From: Nostoc sp.
GTDB taxonomy: Bacteria > Cyanobacteriota > Cyanobacteriia > Cyanobacteriales > Nostocaceae
Assembly: GCA_036918135.1 (NCBI GenBank)
Contig: JBALDB010000004.1
Location: 1 to 14,617 of the forward strand
Reading direction: 5' to 3'
DNA length: 14,617 nt
Shown here: in pieces, positions 8,358 through 14,617 of the stretch
How the letters are laid out: the number at the start of each line of letters is the position of its first letter
Numbering within the stretch: the stretch's first letter is position 1
Program-made: the position numbers and the translations under genes
The notes under the pieces: generated by a model
What the model saw: the letters and a program-made list of their open reading frames with translations, nothing else
What the model was told of the DNA's origin: nothing
Databases searched by the model: none

Positions 8358-8467
8358 CCCGATCTAAGCCCCAGCTATACCCGTTTCTACGTCTAAGGAT
8401 ATAAGTTTGTTTAATTTTGAGATATTAATGAGATATTAAATTGAAAAATTAATTTAGATAGAAACTT

Positions 8468-8701
8468 ATGGCAACCGAGCAAGAGCTTCAATCTCTTTTC
8501 AATAAATTAGATCTCGATCGAGACGGCAAAGTCTCCATTAATGAGCTTTTTTTTAGTCCTGGCTTAAGTGCAGTCATCTCAGCAGAAACAGGTACCAGTA
8601 GCCCCCGAGAGTTACTAGCACAGTATGATTCAGACGAAGACGGTAGTATTACCTTTGAAGAGTTAAAGCAAGCAGTTGAGAAAGCAAGTAATTTAACCTA
8701 G
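8468..8701 (+). CDS. cse: Calcium sensor EF-hand protein (CSE, Asr1131-like)
   Basis: 77 aa with two EF-hand loops (DLDRDGKVSINE, DSDEDGSITFEE). MATEQELQSLF...SPGLSAVIS matches my recollection of Anabaena CSE. Confidence 0.88.
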   Translation: MATEQELQSLFNKLDLDRDGKVSINELFFSPGLSAVISAETGTSSPRELLAQYDSDEDGSITFEELKQAVEKASNLT

Positions 8702-8712
8702 CAGTCAAAAAA

Positions 8713-8740
8713 CCCAATACCAAATACCCAATACCCAAAA
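8713..8740. repeat. STRR-type heptamer tandem repeat
   Basis: CCCAATA CCAAATA CCCAATA CCCAAAA. Confidence 0.75.
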
Positions 8741-8770
8741 TCCCTCTCTAGCCTACGCTAAGAGGGATTT
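8738..8770. terminator. Hairpin between convergent cse and the 8897-9298 gene
   Basis: AAATCCCTCT/AGAGGGATTT perfect 10-bp stem with an inner TAGC/GCTA stem. Confidence 0.6.
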
Positions 8771-8896
8771 GCAATTTCTAGGTCATTAGTGACTCGGTAG
8801 CCCCCTTCATGACCTTGGAGGTGAAAGGCTGGCTGTAGGCGATTCTAGGAGGGGAGAGGTGCGATCGCATCTACAGAATTTTGAAAACTAAAAAAT

Positions 8897-9298
8897 TTAC
8901 CATCCACGAGCGCCAATACTTTGGCAATAGTAGCGAATTGCATTAGCTCCAGGACTGCTGCCCCGTGCAGAAATTTCCTCTCGTTGCTTGTTTTCGCTTA
9001 ACTTGACACCATTTGAGGAATAGACTCTAGCTCCAACAATCCAAAGTTTGTCATCGCCACATGAAGTCTGAAGCAGTACTTCAGTCATCAAATTGTCACT
9101 TTGTTGATAGACCTTAATCACACTACCAAAGCCTTTTTCGCTGTCTCCCATTGTGGTAGTGTCCAATAAAAACGGATTCCCATCGTCATCCACACCAACG
9201 TTGACAAATTTTTCACTAGCCACTGATGAACTTTGCAGCCAAAAGGCAGCCAAAATTGCAGATGCGGTACAAACAACCTTTTTGGTTTTGCTAATCAT
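8897..9298 (-). CDS. Hypothetical secreted protein
   Basis: Basic N-terminus plus hydrophobic signal peptide. Two mature Cys residues (TSC...YYC) suggest a disulfide. Family not identified. Confidence 0.75.
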   Translation of the reverse strand: MISKTKKVVCTASAILAAFWLQSSSVASEKFVNVGVDDDGNPFLLDTTTMGDSEKGFGSVIKVYQQSDNLMTEVLLQTSCGDDKLWIVGARVYSSNGVKLSENKQREEISARGSSPGANAIRYYCQSIGARGW

Positions 9299-9576
9299 GA
9301 AAATGGTAGATAGCAGTATAAATAGTTTTTAGCTTTTGACAACTATCTACTGACATGATAAAAACACGGCTTTCGTAATAAAGTTTCTATTAACCCTTGT
9401 AATAACGTCGATTAAGTGAGCATAGGAATTCTCAGGATTGGAGTCTATTTGTGACTTATCGATCGCATTAATAACAACTGAAATCTTTTCCAACAAAGAA
9501 AAACAAGGAAGACAAGGAAGTAATTTTTCTCCCTATCTTCGTTATTTTCCTTCACCTGCTTAAACTTTATTAATCG

Positions 9577-9963
9577 CTAACTAGCCAAAATTCTAGGTAA
9601 AGATAAAGCTTCATTTTCACCCAGCTCGCCAGTACTAATCTTGTCTGCTCCTATTTGTTGCAATGTCTTCAACAATGCTACGCTTTGACTCAATAGCTCA
9701 TCTATATCAATACCACCGTAACTAGATGGGTAACGCCGCAGGCGATTGCTGCCTTCTCCCAGCAGAATTACCGCACCTCGCCAGTTACGATTCTCTAGAT
9801 GATAAAGTGCCACAGCAATTTGCAGAATGCCTTGATAAAAGCTTTTTTCTGGTTCGCTGGCTTCAATCCACAGAGCCTCTAAAGTGTCATGGCAGGCATA
9901 AAACTGACCAGAATTGAACTGTTCTATGCCTTGCCAAAACTCTTGGGGTATGCTTTCGCTCAT
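9577..9963 (-). CDS. DUF309 family protein
   Basis: G...FN.G.FYACHDTLEALW and FYQGILQIAVALYH...N..GA motifs. ATGA overlap with the ftrC stop. Confidence 0.92.
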   Translation of the reverse strand: MSESIPQEFWQGIEQFNSGQFYACHDTLEALWIEASEPEKSFYQGILQIAVALYHLENRNWRGAVILLGEGSNRLRRYPSSYGGIDIDELLSQSVALLKTLQQIGADKISTGELGENEALSLPRILAS

Positions 9964-10325
9964 CCCATGCTGTCTCGCACTTCTTTAATTGTTTGGAGAG
10001 AGATTTCTTGTTTGTCTCCAGCAAACTCGTTGTCAGTAGTGAGGAACAACATGCAATGACACTCTTTGCGTTCTCTCATAGGTACACACGGACAGTTCCA
10101 ATATGTGGCGTGAACCTCAGCTTGTTTATCTTCGTAATGGCGACACGGACATAAAGGCGCACCCAGTTCGTCTTTATGTTTGGCTAATCCTTCAATCACC
10201 ACTGCGGTAACTGAAGGTTCAGAACAGAAGTATGTTCCAGTACGCTTGGCGTATTGTTCAGAAAAATGCCGCATTGCCTCTAGGCTTTTATCGCTGGATT
10301 TTGTGTTAACTTCTGATGTGATCAT
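9960..10325 (-). CDS. ftrC: Ferredoxin-thioredoxin reductase catalytic (beta) subunit
   Basis: CPCRH, WNCPC and ECHC motifs ligating the 4Fe-4S cluster and forming the active-site disulfide. Confidence 0.97.
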   Translation of the reverse strand: MITSEVNTKSSDKSLEAMRHFSEQYAKRTGTYFCSEPSVTAVVIEGLAKHKDELGAPLCPCRHYEDKQAEVHATYWNCPCVPMRERKECHCMLFLTTDNEFAGDKQEISLQTIKEVRDSMG

Positions 10326-10810
10326 GTGGATCGGACGCTCATAATTTAAATATTTCTTTGCATTGTACCTCAGTCGTAGTAGGGGATTACTGGGTGTATT
10401 TCCCCAACCTTAGTTACTCACATTGTTTTACTTTTGCTCAAAGGCTGATATGTCTGGTGTACTGGGATCGCAGACAATCTAAGAAATCACAGAAGCTTGA
10501 CTTCTAAGCTAATCAAAATACAAGTTGCATCTTCAGACATTATTTAAAAGTCAAGAGGTTGATTTATTCTCATCAACAAGCAACACTATGACGCGTCTAA
10601 GGGAAGATGCCAAGCGCGATCGCTTGATGAAACTTATGTCAGGCTTTGTATTTATACATTGTACTAGGGCGTCTCATCATAACTTTATGAATTTTTATCA
10701 ACTTACTAAGTATTAATACTAGCTGCTTTGGTGATTGAGTGTATGCTTTGAAATGTGTAATAAAAAAAGCACAAACTTATCAATAGTTATAACTACTACC
10801 ATATGTACAC

Positions 10811-11482
10811 ATGAGTATTTCAACTGTTGTAAAAAAGTTATCGACTGCTGCTATCGGAGCAACAGTCATTGTTCTAGGAATAGGAGCAGTAGCACAAGCA
10901 ACTGTTTTAACATTTGATGATATAGCGCCTACTTCAAGTTTTGCTGATATTCCTAACGGCTACGGTGGATTTAATTGGGATAATTTTTACTATCGAAATG
11001 GCTCGACTGTTATCCCACGTACAGGCTATGACAACGGTAGAGTGTCAGGCGACTACGTGAGCTTTAATGCAGGTGGAGATCCTGCTTTAGTAAGTGATAG
11101 TATTTTTGACTTCAACAGTGCTTATCTCACAGCTGCTTGGAATGATGGCCTTTCAATTACTGTAGAAGGTTTAAACAGCGGTGCAACCTTATATTCAAAA
11201 ACTGTGGTTGTAGATACGACACAGCCAACTTTAGTTAATTTTGATTATTTTGGTGTTGATGAATTAAGGTTTACGTCTTCTGGTGGAGTTGAGCCAGATT
11301 ATCTTATAGAGACGGGTGGTGGCGGGACACAGTTTGCACTAGATAACTTTAGCTTTAATGAAAAAGCTACATCTGTTCCCGAACCGACATTTTTACCAGC
11401 GCTACTGGCAGTAAGTACTTTAAGTGCTGGTTCAGTATTAAGACGCAAACAGCAACAGAATACAAAGCTAAAGCAAAGTTAA
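10811..11482 (+). CDS. PEP-CTERM sorting domain protein
   Basis: Signal peptide (..AQA|TVLTFDD), D/N/G/F-rich body, FALDNFSF, then VPEPT, a hydrophobic helix and RRK. Confidence 0.92.
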   Translation: MSISTVVKKLSTAAIGATVIVLGIGAVAQATVLTFDDIAPTSSFADIPNGYGGFNWDNFYYRNGSTVIPRTGYDNGRVSGDYVSFNAGGDPALVSDSIFDFNSAYLTAAWNDGLSITVEGLNSGATLYSKTVVVDTTQPTLVNFDYFGVDELRFTSSGGVEPDYLIETGGGGTQFALDNFSFNEKATSVPEPTFLPALLAVSTLSAGSVLRRKQQQNTKLKQS

Positions 11483-11591
11483 CTCAAATTTTGCACTTTG
11501 CCCAAACCATTAAAAGTCAGGACTAGACAAACGAAGCCAATCCGCGTAGGCTAAAAGCTTTACATCCTTTACAGGCAAGCTTTTTTCGTAT

Positions 11592-11620
11592 AACCACATC
11601 CTTCTAGGGTATGGTTTTTT
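11592..11620. terminator. Putative bidirectional terminator between the PEP-CTERM and DUF58 genes
   Basis: Imperfect stem AACCACATCCT/AGGGTATGGTT followed by a T-run. Confidence 0.45.
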
Positions 11621-11634
11621 GGCGAAAGTATTGA

Positions 11635-12798
11635 TTAATATAAACCTATTGTTTTTTGCAGTTGGGGTTGTAGTGGGCGATCGCTTTGCAAAATTATCCC
11701 AGGATGCTCCCAATTGATGACTTCTGGTTCTGCTGGCGAAGAAATATTCTGCCACAAAACCCAGCGACTACCTTGAGGCAGAGTAGCAAGGCTCTGGGAG
11801 TTTTGAGTCAGCCAAATCAAAGGATGGCTTTTAGGAACAATTGTGCTGGCTTCTTCTAAGGTAGTGGTTGCTGCTAAGGTTTCTAAAACAAAGCGCTCTC
11901 CTTGAATTAAACCTGTGGATGCTGTCCACAGTTGCACCTGTAATTGCTGTTTTTGTGCGTAAAAATACAATGAGGCTGCTGCAATTACTGCTTGCTCAAA
12001 GTTTTCTTCTTGCCAATTGCTAGCGCTATCAAGGGCAATAACTATCTCTTGTCCACCAGTCACCATTTCTAACTCCCGCACTCGTAATTCTCCATAGCGG
12101 GCGCTAGAGAGCCAGTGAATCAGACGGGTGGGATCTCCGATACGGTAAGGACGTAGCGATCGCACTAGTCCTGTTGTCGCTGTCTTTTGGGGTTGACCAC
12201 GGGAATCGCTTCTTTTACTTTCTTCTTGCCCCATTTCATCTACTAAAGGGCAGGTAGCCAACGGTAATACTGTAGGATAGACGATGGCTCTAGCAGCACA
12301 ATCACGCTGACGACGACACCAGAACAACCCCAAAGGCGCACCAGAACCGAGTTCGACTGTATGCCAGCGATAAACGCCCCGGCGCTGGGTAGGGTAGTAA
12401 TATACCCAACGGTAACTACCTTTGCTAGGAATTGTCTCGATTGCCTTTTGTACTGGTTTCCCCAAGACGAAAGGCAATATATCCTCAACTTGCAATAAAC
12501 TTACAGGCTGCTGTGTCTGATTGTAAATTTCTAATTCCACCGTTAGTTCATCGCCTGCTGACACAGGCTGAATGGAACGGCGGGTAATGGATAGATTTGT
12601 GAGCGATCGCGGTGGTAAGATGGCTGCTACAGCCAAAAGGGCAAAACTAATGCCGCTAATGGCGTACAGCCAACCAGCCATCGTATTGATACCTGCGCCA
12701 AAAAAACAAATAGCTGTTGCCGCTAGCACCCAACCGCCGTATGCAGGGGCACTGGCGCGAGTTTCTAAGAAGTTGGTGACGGGTTTGATGATTTTCAT
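11635..12798 (-). CDS. DUF58 domain-containing membrane protein
   Basis: Two N-terminal TM helices, RRGVY, PLGLF, VYP, LRPYR.GD..R.IHW..SAR.GEL.VRE, IALD and FEQA motifs. Likely start is the ATG at 12798 (ORF extends to 12834). Confidence 0.92.
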   Translation of the reverse strand: MKIIKPVTNFLETRASAPAYGGWVLAATAICFFGAGINTMAGWLYAISGISFALLAVAAILPPRSLTNLSITRRSIQPVSAGDELTVELEIYNQTQQPVSLLQVEDILPFVLGKPVQKAIETIPSKGSYRWVYYYPTQRRGVYRWHTVELGSGAPLGLFWCRRQRDCAARAIVYPTVLPLATCPLVDEMGQEESKRSDSRGQPQKTATTGLVRSLRPYRIGDPTRLIHWLSSARYGELRVRELEMVTGGQEIVIALDSASNWQEENFEQAVIAAASLYFYAQKQQLQVQLWTASTGLIQGERFVLETLAATTTLEEASTIVPKSHPLIWLTQNSQSLATLPQGSRWVLWQNISSPAEPEVINWEHPGIILQSDRPLQPQLQKTIGLY

Positions 12799-12855
12799 AG
12801 TTTCTTTTTTAACCCAACACCACCTGAAATTCACAGTAGTATTTGCTGCTATTGA

Positions 12856-13074
12856 TTACTTATTCCCACTCCCCAAATGTTTAAAAATTTGAGGTAAGTT
12901 AACAATTTCGTGCATCAGGTCTTGTGGACTAAAGCCAAAAATATTCAAAATAAGCACAATGACAACGATTGCGATCGCTGTAGTCAGAAATGTCTTTAAT
13001 AAAGAAAGCAATGCCCGGAAGATTAACACAGCGACAACCACCGCTGCAATTAAAATAATTAAATTAATTGGCAT
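12856..13074 (-). CDS. Small two-TM membrane protein (hypothetical)
   Basis: 72 aa, two hydrophobic helices followed by FGFSPQDL. Co-oriented immediately upstream of DUF58. Confidence 0.8.
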   Translation of the reverse strand: MPINLIILIAAVVVAVLIFRALLSLLKTFLTTAIAIVVIVLILNIFGFSPQDLMHEIVNLPQIFKHLGSGNK

Positions 13075-13163
13075 AGTTTTGCTTGAGTAAATCTCAAAAA
13101 TTCATCAAATCTCAAATGAGGGAAATTTAAGAAATAAATTATCCCCTATGAAGTTGATGACTG

Positions 13164-13352
13164 ATATCAAGTTTGGCTAATTACTTACAATATGTTGGTC
13201 TTTTTGGTAATTAGGGATTGGGAAAAAGCTAATTGGGAAAAAGGAAATAAATAACTGATGATTACCGATTACCGATTACCCATTTATGCTGAGACCAGCC
13301 GAAACATTACTGACCCTCACAGATATCATAAGTATTCAACCGGACATCATAT
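13164..13352. mobile_element. MITE-like element with ~30-bp imperfect TIRs and internal (GATTACC)x3
   Basis: 13164-13193 versus the reverse complement of 13323-13352: 21/30. Heptamers at 13260-13280, followed by TGACTGT-type heptamers at 13355-13375. Confidence 0.65.
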
Positions 13353-13475
13353 GATGACTGTTGACCGTTGACTGTGAACAGTGGAATATTTTTTTATTTA
13401 TCAGTCCCTTATAGCCTCAAGCTTTGACATTACTTCACCAAAGACAGCCTTCATTGGGTTAGGTTTCCTCCAGCA

Positions 13476-14063
13476 CTACCTCCAAGGTGAAGGGATCGCC
13501 GTTATCGAAAGCACTTTTCCCGTTGTCAATCTAATAGCTGTCTGCTCACAATTAGGGCATTTGATTTTTACCTGAATCACTGAAGGACGACCAAAGTATT
13601 CTCCCATTGCTGGGTCTCCAGTAAACTCGCTGAGTATTCCCTGCTGGCAGTGGTAGCATTCAAAGATAATTCGCCCTATTGGTTTGTCACAGTCTAAAAA
13701 TTGGATATGCTGGCACTGCTGAGATGGTAATTCTTCATCATCGTCGGGTCTAAATTGGGGCTGTTGCTTAGGCTGTTGCGGTGAATTGGATTTTCGAGGG
13801 ACAGGGTATGTAGATTCGGCTTTGCCTTTCTCTAAAGATTGCGGTTTTTCAGCAGCGTTCGTGCTTGGGGTAAGAACAGGGATCGCTTGGGCTTGCTGCT
13901 CTACTTCTGACGGCTCATCAATGGGAGTTGGATCTGGCTCAAGTGTAACTGGGGGTTGCTCTCGTGATTGGTAAGCCACAAGTTCAGGCTTTAGGCTTGG
14001 GTTGGGGGATTTTGGCTGTTGTGATGGTGGTTTGGATGGACGTTGGATAGATTTCATTGACAC
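13476..14063 (-). CDS. Hypothetical protein: disordered Pro/Gln-rich N-terminus and C-terminal Cys-rich putative Zn-binding domain
   Basis: 195-aa ORF (GTG 14063 or ATG 14057). CQH..C..CYHC..CPNC in the last ~80 aa. Confidence 0.8.
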   Translation of the reverse strand: MSMKSIQRPSKPPSQQPKSPNPSLKPELVAYQSREQPPVTLEPDPTPIDEPSEVEQQAQAIPVLTPSTNAAEKPQSLEKGKAESTYPVPRKSNSPQQPKQQPQFRPDDDEELPSQQCQHIQFLDCDKPIGRIIFECYHCQQGILSEFTGDPAMGEYFGRPSVIQVKIKCPNCEQTAIRLTTGKVLSITAIPSPWR

Positions 14064-14245
14064 CTGTATTTAACTAAATTTAGTTTGACTGTGGAACAAT
14101 CGTATTTTAACTATCAATTTATTTATTTTGGACGCTGCTGCATGAGTACAAAGAAAGATCCTTAAGGTTTTTAGCAAAAGAATCTCTAGTATCAGCTTGT
14201 TAGTTAAGACATTTTAATCACCAGAACCTCCGTACAGTAGAAGCC

Positions 14246-14460
14246 TATATGACTCATATTTGATTGCGTGAAATACACGTAAGCTAGTAGCCTATCAAAA
14301 CTAAAATAGTGCATAAGAAAACTAATGTAGGATAAGCTTGGTAGCTCATCTGGTGTGGGCTTTCCGGCTTACACACAATAAAATTTATTGCAATAAATTA
14401 GCTTGATTACGTTAGTAGATATATTTAGGTTTTTTCACGCAATAAAATCTGATTTTAATA
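14246..14460. mobile_element. MITE-like element with 28-bp imperfect TIRs
   Basis: 14246-14273 versus the reverse complement of 14433-14460: 22/28 (ATTGCGTGAAA exact). TA ends. Confidence 0.65.
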
Positions 14461-14527
14461 TACATAAATCTACTAATGCGATCGCCAGACTTATACTTGA
14501 CTTAGATTGTTAAAGTTGCATATTTTA

Positions 14528-14607
14528 ACGTGAGTTCGACGGATAGAAAAGCCCAAAAAGCTTGCTAGGCATGAATTTGCTTAAGTGGGCAGGTGAAGTG
14601 CGATCGC
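14528..14607. mobile_element. Arm of a MITE-like repeat starting ACGTGAGTTCGACGG; inverted counterpart of 16-95
   Basis: 60/80 ungapped identity to the reverse complement of 16-95. Ends at a HIP1 octamer (14600-14607). Confidence 0.7.
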
Positions 14608-14617
14608 TACGCTCGCC

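Larger units (their letters stand above)
16..14607. repeat. HIP1 octamer GCGATCGC, 17 dispersed copies
   Basis: Starts at 16, 1245, 1374, 1804, 3580, 3779, 5170, 6859, 8231, 8861, 10616, 11677, 12156, 12603, 12971, 14478 and 14600 (manual count). Confidence 0.93.

Noticed and set aside
8216..8391. 6S RNA, SRP RNA, tmRNA or RNase P assignment
   Set aside because: Size is near that of 6S, but I see none of the conserved motifs I know for these RNAs.
9726..10917. ORFs 9726-9917, 10525-10716 and 10735-10917
   Set aside because: Short, non-ATG or overlapping real genes, with no RBS or motif.
6638..13375. CRISPR array from the short repeats at 6638, 8713, 13260 and 13355
   Set aside because: These are 7-8 nt tandem units without spacers (STRR type), and no cas genes are present.
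11510..13974. ORFs 11510-11755, 12243-12488, 12572-12892, 13381-13575 and 13786-13974
   Set aside because: Alternative-frame or antisense overlaps of DUF58 and the Cys-rich gene.
16..14607. Autonomous transposon, prophage or excision element spanning the window
   Set aside because: No transposase, integrase or phage gene. Cargo is core (glk, lpt, ftrC) and the best-conserved repeat ends face inward.

Overview
Chromosomal DNA from a heterocyst-forming filamentous cyanobacterium (Nostoc/Anabaena-like). This call rests on 17 perfect HIP1 octamers (GCGATCGC) counted by eye, 7-8 nt short tandem repeats and many small dispersed or MITE-like repeats. Gene content is mostly core: a minus-strand histidine phosphatase-glucokinase-secreted protein cluster, an orphan MGEAKRRK-start ORF, a CBS-CP12 fusion, lptA-lptB-lptF/G, the Ca2+-sensor EF-hand gene cse, a secreted hypothetical, ftrC coupled to a DUF309 gene, a PEP-CTERM protein, a DUF58 protein, a small membrane protein and a Pro/Gln-rich protein with a C-terminal Cys-rich putative zinc domain. 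No tRNA, rRNA, CRISPR array, integrase or transposase is visible. The least-explained features are: (i) an ungapped 80-bp imperfect inverted repeat bracketing the whole window, each arm bounded by a HIP1 site; (ii) a ~175-nt potentially structured segment with alternative pairings and a perfect NtcA box upstream of cse; (iii) a CBS-CP12 lacking the acidic C-terminus near ftrC and cse; (iv) two uncharacterised proteins. I cannot establish a new system from sequence alone; these are leads.
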